Below are positions 9,092 to 19,244 of a stretch of 64,000 bases of DNA, piece by piece. Both the position numbers and the translations under genes were made by a program. The stretch is taken from positions 30,462 to 94,461 of the forward strand of contig JBDRQD010000057.1 of NCBI GenBank assembly GCA_043826455.1, written 5' to 3'. The notes under the pieces were generated by a model. That model worked only from the letters and a program-made list of their open reading frames with translations. It was not told the DNA's origin and did not search any database. Position 1 is the stretch's first letter. Each line of letters begins with the position of its first letter. The DNA comes from Candidatus Bathyarchaeota archaeon. Lineage in GTDB: Archaea; Thermoproteota; Bathyarchaeia; TCS64.

Positions 9092-10054
9092 CTAATATTT
9101 TCGGCCGGTGAGGACAGCCACAAAGCTGCTCATCTTGGGGGTGGCTTTGGTCTTGGCGTACTCTGCGAGGGCTGCGAGGCTGGCCGCCGACGCGGGGAGC
9201 ACTGATAGGCCCTCCTCTTTCTCTAGGAACCTGCTGAATGTGACCATCACCTCGTCGCTGATGAGGGCTCCGTAGCCGTTGCTGTTCCAGAGGGCGTCCA
9301 GGGCGCGCTGCCCGTCCAGGCTCCTCCAGTTGACTATTGGCTCGTTGTGCTCCGTCTCCACGATGCTGGCTGGGTCCAGGTCCCTGATCTTCTTCCGGCC
9401 GTCGTTGAAGCTGGTTACCACGGGGCTCCCCCCCTCGGTGCTGGCCGCCACCATCACCGGCACCTTGTCCGTCTCCCCCCGCCTCCGGAGCACCTTGAAG
9501 CCCTGGTGTACGCCGGAGAAGCAGGTGCCGTTGCTCACGGACACAGATACGGCGTCCGGTGCGTACTCCAGGCGGTCGAATATCTCGTAGGCTATGGTCT
9601 CGTAGGCGCGGAGGCTTACCTCGGTGTTCTCCTCGGTGCCAGGGTTGCCGTTGTACCAGCCGTTCTCCTGGGCCTCCCTGCCGCTCTGCTCCACCAGCTC
9701 CTCGTAAGTGCCGGGGGCCCTGTGGATGATTCCGCCCTGGCGCTCCATCTCCTGGATGCGGGGTGTGTGGTAGCTCTCAGGGATGTAGACGTGGGGTGTT
9801 ATCTCGAAGATGCGGCTCAGGTGGACTATGCTTGCGCCGAAGTTGCCGCAGCTGGCCACAGCTATGGTGGTGAAGCCCTTCTCCTGGGCGTGTTTGAGGG
9901 TGGCGTAGCTGGCCCTGTCCTTCATCGTGCCCGTGGGATTTCCGCCCTCGAATTTTAGGTAGAGTTTACTAAAATCTAGCAATTTCTCAAGGTTTCGTGA
10001 ACGCGTAAATATGGTATCCCCTATCCCGTGTTCTTTAAACTCTTTTGTGAACAA
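9092..10054 (-). CDS. PLP-dependent fold type II enzyme (threonine synthase-like)
   Basis: LKFEGGNPTGTMKDR, ASCGNFG, SNGT, LTG. Confidence 0.85.
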   Translation of the reverse strand: MFTKEFKEHGIGDTIFTRSRNLEKLLDFSKLYLKFEGGNPTGTMKDRASYATLKHAQEKGFTTIAVASCGNFGASIVHLSRIFEITPHVYIPESYHTPRIQEMERQGGIIHRAPGTYEELVEQSGREAQENGWYNGNPGTEENTEVSLRAYETIAYEIFDRLEYAPDAVSVSVSNGTCFSGVHQGFKVLRRRGETDKVPVMVAASTEGGSPVVTSFNDGRKKIRDLDPASIVETEHNEPIVNWRSLDGQRALDALWNSNGYGALISDEVMVTFSRFLEKEEGLSVLPASAASLAALAEYAKTKATPKMSSFVAVLTGRKY

Positions 10055-10143
10055 GGTGGCTTATCTATCCTGAATCGAAATAGTAAAAAATATGTTTCAC
10101 CATATAACGATTTGGAAATCGTAATCATAGCAGGTAGTACCGC

Positions 10144-11502
10144 GTGTCAAATATCATAATAAACGCGAGGCAGACGGCCACCGGCTTTGAGATGTTCTTC
10201 CGGGGCTCCAAGTATGTGGTGAACTACCCTGACGAGATATGGCAGGGCTACCCACAGGAAGCCAAGGACATCCTCTTCGAGAACCTTGTGTACGCCGAGA
10301 CCGTCCACCTTCCCCTAACTTTCAGGAAGGGAGAGATAAGGTACAATATATCTCCGCCCTTCTTCCAGACCCAGTTCTTCCAGAACATGGTCATGGACCT
10401 TCCCAGCTGCGCCGATGTGGACGGCACATACACCTCGGAGCTGCTGAAGGAGTTCATGAACCTTAAGATCAGGTTCAAGGACAACGACATCAGGTTCCCC
10501 ACCTATAGGGAGGAGACCAGGGAGGACAGCTCCGTCGTAAGCCTCAGCTTCGGTAAGGACAGCCTTCTCACCTGGGCCGTGTGCAGGGAGCTGGGACTGC
10601 ACCCCCAGGCCAGCTATATAGTTGAGCCTGTGCTCCTCTACGAGGAGAAGCACAAGGACGTGTTGGCTAAGGAGTTCCAGAAGGAGTTCGGCGTGGAGCT
10701 TCAGAAGATTGAGCACACTGTAGGCCACCTACGCGACGGGCCTAGGCTGGGCGTCGGCAAGACGGAGATAGGGTGGGGCCTTCAGAGCACCCAGTACGCC
10801 ATGATGTTGCTGCCTATAGCCCATAAGTTCGGGGCTAGGTACGTCCTGTTCGGGAACGAGCAGAGCTGTGGCGAGCACTACTATGACCGTGAGGGCTACG
10901 TGTGTTACCCAGCCTACGACCAGTGTCACGTCTGGACCACCCAGATCGACAGCATAACCAGGCAGATGACGGGCGGAGGCGTGCGTACCATGAGCGTCAT
11001 AGAGCCGCTTAACGACATCGCCGTTGTGTACATCCTCTACAAGCGTTACCCCGAGGTAGCTAAGTACCACATGAGCTGCTTCGTGGAGACGGAGGCCGGC
11101 AGGAACACCAGGTGGTGTATGGACTGCAGCGTCTGCACCAAGATGTATCTCCTCATCAAGGCGTCGGGCTACGACCCCAAGATGGTGGGCCTGACCCGGA
11201 ACATGCTCACCATGGACATGAGGAACTACTTCAGCCTCTTCGGCGGCAGCGAGGTCCAGACCTACGCGTTGACGGGCAGGGGCCGCGACGAGCAGCTCTT
11301 CGGCTTCTACCTAGCGTGGAGAAACGGTGACAAAAGCCCCCTAGTGGAGGAGTTCGAGAAGCGGTTCCTGGACGAGGCCCAGGGCCGGGAGGACGAGCTC
11401 TACAAAACCTTCTTCGGCATCAATGAGGCCATCACCATGCCCAAGCACATCAACGACCAGGCTGTGAGCATCTACAAGGAGGCCCTCAGTGATGTCCCGT
11501 AA
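10144..11502 (+). CDS. PP-loop adenine nucleotide alpha-hydrolase-like protein, MurL (peptide epimerase)-like
   Basis: SFGKDS PP-loop, FGNEQS, MSC...RWCMDCSVC cysteine cluster. Confidence 0.6.
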   Translation: MSNIIINARQTATGFEMFFRGSKYVVNYPDEIWQGYPQEAKDILFENLVYAETVHLPLTFRKGEIRYNISPPFFQTQFFQNMVMDLPSCADVDGTYTSELLKEFMNLKIRFKDNDIRFPTYREETREDSSVVSLSFGKDSLLTWAVCRELGLHPQASYIVEPVLLYEEKHKDVLAKEFQKEFGVELQKIEHTVGHLRDGPRLGVGKTEIGWGLQSTQYAMMLLPIAHKFGARYVLFGNEQSCGEHYYDREGYVCYPAYDQCHVWTTQIDSITRQMTGGGVRTMSVIEPLNDIAVVYILYKRYPEVAKYHMSCFVETEAGRNTRWCMDCSVCTKMYLLIKASGYDPKMVGLTRNMLTMDMRNYFSLFGGSEVQTYALTGRGRDEQLFGFYLAWRNGDKSPLVEEFEKRFLDEAQGREDELYKTFFGINEAITMPKHINDQAVSIYKEALSDVP

Positions 11503-12502
11503 GCTGCGGGTCGCCTTCTGCTGCAATACCAGGCATGCAGACGACGAGTTCAACGTGGAGTTCGAGCCCGAGGAGACTATCCACCACGTCAAGAACGGCA
11601 TAGAGAAGGCGGGCTGGGAGTACCTCCAGATAGAGGCGGATGAGGGCTGCTACGAGAACCTGAAGAAGCTGAGGCCCGACTTGGTCTTCAACAGGGCCGA
11701 GGGCATCCGAGGTGAGAGCCGGGAGAGCCAGATACCCGCCTTCTGCGAGATGCTGGGCATCCCATACGTGGGCAGCGGCATCATGGCCAACGCCATCGGC
11801 TTGGACAAGCCCACCACCAAGATGATCCTGGAGTACCATGGCCTGAAGACGGCTCCCTTCCAGGTGCTCAGCAGGGCCGACGAGAAGCTTCGCAGGGGCC
11901 TCAAGTATCCTCTGATACTGAAGCCGAGCCACGAGGGTAGCAGCATAGGCATCAACTGGGATAACGTAGTCCACGACGAGAAGGCCCTTAGGAAGAAGCT
12001 GGCTGAGATGCTGGACACCTACAAACAGCCCATACTCGTGGAGAAGTTCCTTGACGGCCGCGAGTTCAGCGTGGGCCTGGTGGGCAACTACCTGGACGGA
12101 GAGGAGCCCACGGTGCTGCCCATCCTAGAGGTGGACTTCAGCGGTTTCCCCCCTGAGCTGGGCCGCGTCCTGGGCCAGAAGGCTAAGAGCGTCTTCGACG
12201 ACAGCAGTAACTACAAGTGCCCGACAAAAATCGATGAGGCGCTGAGGAAGAGGATAGAGGCCCACGCCAAGGCCAGCTTCAGGGCCCTCAACTGCATGGA
12301 CTGGGCCAGGATGGACTACAGGCTGGACACCGACGGGGAGCTCTACTTCCTGGAGGTGAACACGTTGCCCGGCATCGACTATGATGTCGTGCGGGACGAG
12401 CTCAGCTTCTACCCCATGATGTGGTACGCCCTGGGCAAGAAGTACCCTGACATGGTCAGGGGAGTCATATCCGCGGCCATGAGGCGTCACGGCCTCAACT
12501 AG
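11492..12502 (+). CDS. D-Ala-D-Ala ligase-like ATP-grasp protein
   Basis: VFNRAEG, LDK, KPSHEGSSIG, EKFLDGREF, ARMDYR, LEVNTLPG. Confidence 0.88.
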   Translation: MSRKLRVAFCCNTRHADDEFNVEFEPEETIHHVKNGIEKAGWEYLQIEADEGCYENLKKLRPDLVFNRAEGIRGESRESQIPAFCEMLGIPYVGSGIMANAIGLDKPTTKMILEYHGLKTAPFQVLSRADEKLRRGLKYPLILKPSHEGSSIGINWDNVVHDEKALRKKLAEMLDTYKQPILVEKFLDGREFSVGLVGNYLDGEEPTVLPILEVDFSGFPPELGRVLGQKAKSVFDDSSNYKCPTKIDEALRKRIEAHAKASFRALNCMDWARMDYRLDTDGELYFLEVNTLPGIDYDVVRDELSFYPMMWYALGKKYPDMVRGVISAAMRRHGLN

Positions 12503-12514
12503 GATGAATCATGT

Positions 12515-13117
12515 TTGGACGATGAAACGCTCCCGTTTTTCGAGGACGCACTGAGGCGGGCGGTGGAGAGGGCTGAGGAGAAGCTGGAGAGGCATGTCAG
12601 CATCACCGTCTTCACACACCTGAACGAGAGGATGATGGCCAAGCTGGAGGCCATCGACCAAGAAAAGTTCAGGCGCGAGCTGTGGTACACCCACGACGAG
12701 TTCACGGAGAAGGCCGGGAAGAAGGACTTCATGTGCATAACCCTCTCAGTGGAGGGGGACCCCGCGGCCTTCATCTTCGGGTACGACTACGAGGGAGACC
12801 CGGCAGCCTACTTCCTGGACGAGCTGGCCACCAAGATAGAGGGCAAGGGCCTGGGCAAGATACTGATAACGCTGGCGCTCATCTACTGCTATGAGCTGGA
12901 CTACGGCTCAGTGATCCTGTACACCGAGGAAACCGACCAGGTTGGAAGGCGCCTCCAGGAGTTCTACGAGCACGTAGGCTTCAAGTACGTCACAACGGAC
13001 CCCGCCCTGGGCGTCGTCATGAGGTACGACCTAGAGGAGAATGCCTTGGCGGCCCTCTACAGGCGGGTGATGCACGCCGAGGGAGGCCCCTTCCCGCCCT
13101 ACCTCAGCAAGATCTGA
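12515..13117 (+). CDS. GNAT-family N-acetyltransferase
   Basis: EGKGLGKILI motif A; FYEHVGF. Confidence 0.75.
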   Translation: MDDETLPFFEDALRRAVERAEEKLERHVSITVFTHLNERMMAKLEAIDQEKFRRELWYTHDEFTEKAGKKDFMCITLSVEGDPAAFIFGYDYEGDPAAYFLDELATKIEGKGLGKILITLALIYCYELDYGSVILYTEETDQVGRRLQEFYEHVGFKYVTTDPALGVVMRYDLEENALAALYRRVMHAEGGPFPPYLSKI

Positions 13118-13605
13118 ATCTTCTCGGCTGTCACCTCGGCGGCCACGGCGCAGACCTTGGGACACCCATGGTCTCCGTGGCCCCCGGCGTCTAGGAACGC
13201 CTTGTAGTCCTCGGGCTTGTTGAGGTCGAAGCCTCTGCCGTATATGTGTTGCTGGATGTCGCGGCAGATGGTGGACTCCAGGGGCTTCCTGAACCCGAAC
13301 TCCTTTTGCAGTCGGGCCTTGAACCCGTCCACTACCTGGTTGGCGGGCGCCATGGCGTCCCTGTAAGCCTGGGTGTCGGTTATGTCATCCCGGCCCTTGA
13401 CTAGGCCGAGGGCGAGGAGGCCGCCCAGGAGGGCGCCGCAGGTCTCGCCGCGTCTGGCCACCCCGCCGCTGAGGGTGGTGGCAGCCTTGAAGCTCATGTG
13501 GTCGCCGATGTTGTATGCTTCCTGGAGGGCGAGGAGCACCGACTGGCTGCAGCCGCTGTACTTGTCGTACTCCAGAGCCCGCTTTCCTATCTCCTTGGGG
13601 TTCAT
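13099..13605 (-). CDS. C-GCAxxG-C-C family putative redox protein
   Basis: GCSQSVL, TCGALLGG, ICRDI, GCPKV. Confidence 0.85.
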   Translation of the reverse strand: MNPKEIGKRALEYDKYSGCSQSVLLALQEAYNIGDHMSFKAATTLSGGVARRGETCGALLGGLLALGLVKGRDDITDTQAYRDAMAPANQVVDGFKARLQKEFGFRKPLESTICRDIQQHIYGRGFDLNKPEDYKAFLDAGGHGDHGCPKVCAVAAEVTAEKIQILLR

Positions 13606-13606
13606 A

Positions 13607-14893
13607 TCAGCTCACCAGGTGTAGTTTCTTCTGGCGCCCCGCCATGAAGACCAGCTTCTCGCCGGTCCACCATGCGTCCTGCTCCAGGCTCATCCTCACC
13701 TCCTGGCCGCCCCACTCAGGGACCTGCCTCTTGGCGTTGAGCTCTATGGCGTAGCAGGTGTCAGGGTATAGGGGGTGGTCGCCGCGGCCGGGGACCCCGT
13801 CCTGCTGGTCCCAGAGGCCCACCGGGGGCCCGGCGGCGTGGCCGTGTACGCCGATGGGGTGGGTGTAGACGCTTGGCTTGATTCCCTCCTTCTTGGCGTT
13901 CTCCAGGGTCAGCCTCAGGGTCTCGTTGCCCGTACGGCCTGTCCTCATGGCCTCCGCGTGGTGGTCCTGGAGTCTGTTGGCGTCTGCCAGGGCGTCCTTG
14001 AGGCCCTGGGGGGCATCGGTCTCACCTGGCTTTAGCACATAGGCGTTCTGCTGTATGTCCGTGGCTAGGCCCAGGTAGTAGAACCCTATGTCGCAGTGGA
14101 GGAGGTCCCCCCGCTTGATGAGGGTGCGCTTCTCCTTGGCGTCGTAGGCATCCCCGTGGCCCTGGAGGTCCGCGGTGGCTGGGAACCACATCTCTACGCC
14201 CAGGTCCAGCATCCGTTGACGCATCCACCACTGGACATCTTCGGTGGTGGTGACACCGGGTGTGATGATTTTGCTACTGAAGGCCTCCTGGACTATGGCG
14301 TGGGTGAGCTCGACTAGGGTGGGGTAGGTCTCCAGCTCCTCGGGTATGCGTGTCTCCAGCCACCTGACGCACAGGGTCTCAGCCGGTGTGAGCCTTTGGC
14401 TGAGGTCGCCCAGGGCATCCACCAGCTGGGTGTGCTCGCCGTGGGTGAGGCCGTCGCCGAAGGCCCAGGTCTCTGAGACGTTGATGCCTATGGTCTTGGG
14501 GTTCCTCTCCCTGATTATCCTGGCCAGGCACTCGTGCTGGTCCTCCTTCTCCGGGTCCCAGACGCCCTCGTAGAAGTCTCCGAACCCGTACCTGTAGACG
14601 GCGAGCCTGTCCACCTTGTCCGGTTTTCTGTGGAGGAGCAGGATGGTGCGTCTGCGGGCGTAGAGGTTGGGCTCCGGCAGGAGGCTCATGATGACGGGGT
14701 CCTCGTTGTACTCCCGGGCTATGATGAGCCACATCTCTATGCCGCACTCGTCCATGAGGCGGGGTAGCAGCGTCTCCAGCCGCTTCCTGAGCCAGCCGTT
14801 GTATGCTTCCATCCGCTGCCTGAGGGGCAGTATCCTCTGCCTGTAGCTCTCTGAGCCGGGGTTGGTGTAGGGGGGGTAAAGCTGATCGTCCAT
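13607..14893 (-). CDS. M24 family metallopeptidase (Xaa-Pro aminopeptidase-like)
   Basis: HCDIG...TDIQ, HPIGVHGH, IELN, EQD metal ligands; start MDDQL. Confidence 0.88.
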   Translation of the reverse strand: MDDQLYPPYTNPGSESYRQRILPLRQRMEAYNGWLRKRLETLLPRLMDECGIEMWLIIAREYNEDPVIMSLLPEPNLYARRRTILLLHRKPDKVDRLAVYRYGFGDFYEGVWDPEKEDQHECLARIIRERNPKTIGINVSETWAFGDGLTHGEHTQLVDALGDLSQRLTPAETLCVRWLETRIPEELETYPTLVELTHAIVQEAFSSKIITPGVTTTEDVQWWMRQRMLDLGVEMWFPATADLQGHGDAYDAKEKRTLIKRGDLLHCDIGFYYLGLATDIQQNAYVLKPGETDAPQGLKDALADANRLQDHHAEAMRTGRTGNETLRLTLENAKKEGIKPSVYTHPIGVHGHAAGPPVGLWDQQDGVPGRGDHPLYPDTCYAIELNAKRQVPEWGGQEVRMSLEQDAWWTGEKLVFMAGRQKKLHLVS

Positions 14894-15003
14894 GATGGAT
14901 ATGCTGTGTATGAGTAGAAAAAATTTCACAGGAGATGTCTACTTGCAGGGAGTTCACTTGTTGAAGTGATCAGGTTTAAACGGCGTCATCAGGTGTTCCT
15001 GGT

Positions 15004-15792
15004 GTGAAGGTCACCAAGGTTAAGCTGGTCTATTTTTCGCCCACCGGCACATCTAGGAGGGTGGCTGAGGCTGTTACAGAAGGAATCAGCGTCCACGTGG
15101 AGCACGTTGACTTGACTCGTCCAGACGCTGAGGGTAAAATGCCCCGCGTCAAGAAAGACGAGCTGGCGGTGATTGCGGCCCCCGTGTACAGCGGCCGCAT
15201 CCCTGTTGCGGCGGCCGGACGGATCATGAACCTGAATGGCTGTGGCGGCCCCGCGGTTCTACTCGCTGTTTACGGTAACAGGGCCTATGAGGACGCCCTC
15301 CTGGAGCTCAGGGACATCGCTACCGAGCGAGGCTTCAAGCCTCTAGCTGCGGCTGCCTTCATCGGCGAGCACAGTTACAGCACCGAGAAGAAGCCAGTGG
15401 CTGACGGGCGACCGGACGAGGCGGACCTGGAGAAGGCTAGGGCCTTCGGTGAGAAAGTGAGGAAGAAGCTGGGCTCCATTGAAGATGTACCTGATCTGGC
15501 TGTCCCGGGCAACAAACCCTACAGGGAGAGGAGCGCCTCTGATCCCATTTCCCCGGAGACGGACGCCGGAACCTGTATCCTCTGCGGCATGTGCGCAGAT
15601 GTGTGCCCCACCGGAGCCGTGACGGTGACCGACGCCGTGGAGACAGTAAAGGAAGACTGCATCAGGTGCACGGCGTGCGTCAAGGCTTGCCCCACTAGGG
15701 CCAGGGCCTGGGCTCACAAGGGCATCGAGAGGGCCGCCACGTGGCTGCACACCAACTTCAGCGAAAGAAAAGAGCCTGAGACCTTCCTGTAA
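15004..15792 (+). CDS. EFR1-type flavodoxin plus 2x[4Fe-4S] ferredoxin protein
   Basis: YFSPTGT, YGNRAYEDALLEL, CILCGMCADVCP, CIRCTACVKACP. Confidence 0.9.
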   Translation: MKVTKVKLVYFSPTGTSRRVAEAVTEGISVHVEHVDLTRPDAEGKMPRVKKDELAVIAAPVYSGRIPVAAAGRIMNLNGCGGPAVLLAVYGNRAYEDALLELRDIATERGFKPLAAAAFIGEHSYSTEKKPVADGRPDEADLEKARAFGEKVRKKLGSIEDVPDLAVPGNKPYRERSASDPISPETDAGTCILCGMCADVCPTGAVTVTDAVETVKEDCIRCTACVKACPTRARAWAHKGIERAATWLHTNFSERKEPETFL

Positions 15793-15797
15793 GGGGG

Positions 15798-16895
15798 TTA
15801 GCCGCCCCACACCTTCTTGAACAGCCTGACCCAGTTGCTGCCCAGGATGCCCTTTATCTCCTGGTCGCTGTAGCCGCGGGCCACTAGGCCCATGGTGAAG
15901 TTGGGCATGTGCTCCAGCCAACCGTAACCCCACGTCTTGTCCATGGGGGTGAAGTAGTCCACGTCGATCCTGTCAGGGTTCTTCCAGATGAAGGCAGCCC
16001 GGGTGATGCTGTTGGGGAACTCCAGGTCTGATCCGAAGCCCGTGTGGTCTACGCCAACTATGTCCACTGTCTCGTCCAACTGGTCCAGGGTGTCGTCGGT
16101 GATAGTGGATTTACCAGCCTTCTTGGCGAAGAAAGGCGTGACGCCTATCACGCCGCCCTTCTCGGCGCATGCCTGCATCATGTCGTCTGGCTTGCCCCTC
16201 TGCTTGCTGTACTCGACGAAGCTGCCCCAGAGGCTGGTAGATCGGGTGGCCCACTCGGCGTAGCCGCCCGGCTTCATGGGGGCGCTGCGCCTGGGGATTA
16301 TGTGTGTGAAGCTGACGGGGTCCCTGCTCTGCTCTATGGCGTCCCAGCAGGTCTGGTCCCCGGTGTGGCTCAGATCGATGAGAACGCCTAGCTCGTTCAT
16401 CCTCTGGACCACCTTCTCGCCGAAGGCTGTGAGGCCGGCGTCCTTCTTCTCACGGCACCCGGCGCCCACCTCGTTCTGCCAGTTGTAGGTGATCTGCATG
16501 GCTCTCAGCCCGTGCTGGTAGGCGACGTTCAGGAGGTCTATGCTGCGCTCCAGGAACATGCTGTCCTGGGGCCCGTACATGATGCCGTGCTTGCCCTCCT
16601 TCTTGGCCCGCTCTATGTCCGCTGCCTTCCGGACCACGATGACCCGGTCCTTATTCTTCTCGGCCCAGTGGTTGTGCTCGATGAGCTCCTTGAGGGCCTC
16701 GGTGAAGCTGCGCTGCATGCAGACGGTGAGGTTTGTGGCCGTCAGCCCGCCTCTGAGGACGTCGTCCAGCCACATGTTCTCGGCCACGTAGTCGATGACG
16801 GCGACTACGCTGCTGTCGATGACTATGCTCTCCTTGTGGAGGGCCAGGGCGTGGCTTCGCTCGTCCTTATTAAGGTCAGCATAACTTCTAGCCAT
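15798..16895 (-). CDS. M19 membrane dipeptidase family
   Basis: QITYN, GLTAFG, MNELGVLIDLSH, GFGSD, ILGSNW. Confidence 0.88.
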   Translation of the reverse strand: MARSYADLNKDERSHALALHKESIVIDSSVVAVIDYVAENMWLDDVLRGGLTATNLTVCMQRSFTEALKELIEHNHWAEKNKDRVIVVRKAADIERAKKEGKHGIMYGPQDSMFLERSIDLLNVAYQHGLRAMQITYNWQNEVGAGCREKKDAGLTAFGEKVVQRMNELGVLIDLSHTGDQTCWDAIEQSRDPVSFTHIIPRRSAPMKPGGYAEWATRSTSLWGSFVEYSKQRGKPDDMMQACAEKGGVIGVTPFFAKKAGKSTITDDTLDQLDETVDIVGVDHTGFGSDLEFPNSITRAAFIWKNPDRIDVDYFTPMDKTWGYGWLEHMPNFTMGLVARGYSDQEIKGILGSNWVRLFKKVWGG

Positions 16896-17068
16896 AACAA
16901 TCCCTCATAGCAGAGGCAGATGAGTATAAAAAATGGTCATCCAGTCATAGCGGGTAAATCCCTTCAATCGTTAGAGGTCGAGCGCTCTTTCCATTGAAAG
17001 AAAAAATCAGCATTATATGAACCCCCTATCTTTTTCACGTGCGCTCTTCCCCCAGGCTCTGAGGATCA

Positions 17069-17403
17069 TTTATTCTTGTATTGATGAAAATATTCTCCAT
17101 TATATGATACCCCCCCCTTTTTTTGCACATCAATACCGTGCCTGATGCGCTGAAATGACCGTGTCTCTGTGTGGAATGGACGGCGTTTCTGCATAGAATG
17201 GGAACGTGAAGGCGTGTTTCCCGGGCTCCTTTCTGCGTGGGGAGGCCGTTTCCGGTTTATCTTGCTCTACCCCCTCCCCCCTCTGCCTGGGCTCGGTGGC
17301 AGGCGCAGGCGTTTACGTTGGGTGGCTTATCCTGGCCGGCACGGGATAAGGCGGAAAAAAATTCCATCTTCTTCTTCATGCTTTTCCTTCGGTGAAATGT
17401 CTC
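17069..17403 (+). repeat. Non-coding dispersed repeat, copy B
   Basis: Homologous to the reverse complement of 8679-9028, with indels; conserved CTTATCC-N11-GGATAAG at 17326-17350. Confidence 0.85.
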
Positions 17404-17552
17404 ACCAATTTTCGGCGATTAATCTTCACTGATATTCGAGTCCTGTTAGCTGAGGTGGGCTTTTTTATGGTTGAGGTCCCTTGAGGACACCCTCATCCTT
17501 TTTATCAAGTGCCCAGAATATAGAAGGATAACATCACAGGGCTGAGAACCAG

Positions 17553-17999
17553 TTGAACTTCGTAAAGACACCCAAACAGAGAGACTACACGGTGGAGCTC
17601 GAGGAAAAAGCCATCGAGTTCCACGGCCACGGAGGCCCATTCATGATCATCGGCCTCAGGATGGGGCTGGCGGCCCTGGATAAGCTGGACTCCAGGGGCT
17701 GGTTCGGAATCCGGTGCAAGGCTTACCTGAGGTGGGCGCCCCCAGACTCCTGCGTCATAGACGGCGTCCAGAGCAGCACGGGCTGCACTATGGGGAAACA
17801 CAACATAGAGGTGGAGGAGGCCGGGGGCATAGCCGTGGAGTTCAGCGTTGGCGAGAAAAGGGTCAGGGTCACCCTGAGAGAGGACACGCTATCCTTTGTG
17901 AGGGGCAGCTTCGACGCCGGGGATGAAGCCGTGGAGACCTGTATGGCGAGGCTGAGAGAGGTCGGGGTAGATGAACTATTCCACGTGGAGTGGGTGTAG
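17553..17999 (+). CDS. FmdE/FwdE family protein
   Basis: FHGHGGP...GLRMG, SCVIDGVQ...GCTMGK. Confidence 0.85.
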   Translation: MNFVKTPKQRDYTVELEEKAIEFHGHGGPFMIIGLRMGLAALDKLDSRGWFGIRCKAYLRWAPPDSCVIDGVQSSTGCTMGKHNIEVEEAGGIAVEFSVGEKRVRVTLREDTLSFVRGSFDAGDEAVETCMARLREVGVDELFHVEWV

Positions 18000-18001
18000 G
18001 G

Positions 18002-19183
18002 CTAGCCCTGCTCCCTGAGCCTCCTCTGATGCTCATCCTTGGCCTTCCTCAACAGCTCAGGCCGCGTTATAAGGTCGACGGCCGTGTAGGCCAGGCCCTT
18101 GGCCGCGTTGATCATGGCCTCATGGGCCTGGTGGGTGGCCGTCATGGTAGTCCCCTCCGGGCTGTGGAGCACCACGGGCCCGATGTTGATGTAAGCGCTG
18201 AGGGCCGGGATGACCTGGCTCACGTTACCGAAGTCGGTGCTTCCTCCGCTCTGCCTCACCTCCGTCTCCTCAGGGTAGTCCACGCCGGCCAAGCCCATGT
18301 TCTCCCTGAAGGCGTCCGTGAGCGTCTTACTCGGTATGGTGTTGGCGTAGGTGTTGGCCACCTGGGTGACCTTGCTCCTGGCCCCAGTGGCCAGCTCGGC
18401 CCCCTTCACAATGTTCTCCACCTTGGCGTAGTACTCCCTCATCATGGGCAGGGTCGGAGCCCTCACGTAGAGGTGGGCCGAGGCGTAGTCCGGCACCGTG
18501 TTGGGGCTGTCCCCGCCGTGCTTGATGATGCCGTGGATGCGCACGTCCCTGCTGATGTGCTGACGCAGCGCGTTGATGCCCTGGAACGTGAGCAGAACCC
18601 CCTCAAGGGCGTTGACCCCCTTCTCCGGGGCGGCCCCAGCGTGGCTACTCTTACCGTAGAACTCCACCATGAAGCTCTCCCTGGCGTTGCTGGTCCCGTA
18701 GCTGCCCCATAGGCTACTGGGATGGATCATGATAGCGGCGTCCGCCTTCCTGATCTCGTCCAGCATCACCACCTTGCCCCCTGCGTTTTGCACCACCCCC
18801 TCCTCCGCCGGCGCTCCGTAGATGACCACGTTCCCCGGCAGATCATCAGCGACGGCCGCTAACCCTACGGCGGCTCCCAGAGCCGAGGTGGCTATCAGGT
18901 TGTGGCCGCAGGCGTGCCCGATGCCCGGTAACGCGTCGTACTCGGCCAAGACTCCCACTGTCGGCCCCTTCTTCTTCCTTCTGGAGGCGATGAAGGCGGT
19001 TTCCATGCCCGAGACCCCCAGCTTAACCTCATACCCGTGCCTCTTCAGCTCCTCCGCGAGCAGCTTGGAGGCCTTGTACTCCTTGTGGCCTAGCTCAGGC
19101 TCCTCATGGATCCTTCTGCTGACGCCTACAATCTCATCCCTGTGCTCGTCGATCCTGTGACCGACTTGACCCTTAAACTCCAT
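18002..19183 (-). CDS. M20 amidohydrolase (PM20D2/AbgB-like)
   Basis: EYDALP, GHACGHN, PAEE, GSTDFGNVS. Confidence 0.9.
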   Translation of the reverse strand: MEFKGQVGHRIDEHRDEIVGVSRRIHEEPELGHKEYKASKLLAEELKRHGYEVKLGVSGMETAFIASRRKKKGPTVGVLAEYDALPGIGHACGHNLIATSALGAAVGLAAVADDLPGNVVIYGAPAEEGVVQNAGGKVVMLDEIRKADAAIMIHPSSLWGSYGTSNARESFMVEFYGKSSHAGAAPEKGVNALEGVLLTFQGINALRQHISRDVRIHGIIKHGGDSPNTVPDYASAHLYVRAPTLPMMREYYAKVENIVKGAELATGARSKVTQVANTYANTIPSKTLTDAFRENMGLAGVDYPEETEVRQSGGSTDFGNVSQVIPALSAYINIGPVVLHSPEGTTMTATHQAHEAMINAAKGLAYTAVDLITRPELLRKAKDEHQRRLREQG

Positions 19184-19244
19184 AAATGAACATGTTCAGA
19201 GTGAATAGAAAATTTTTCCGCTATTCTAGGCGGCGGAGTCGCGT

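Noticed and set aside
16989..17000. TTCCATTGAAAG resembling an archaeal ORB origin box
   Set aside because: Single copy, no following G-string, and no cdc6/orc1 in the window
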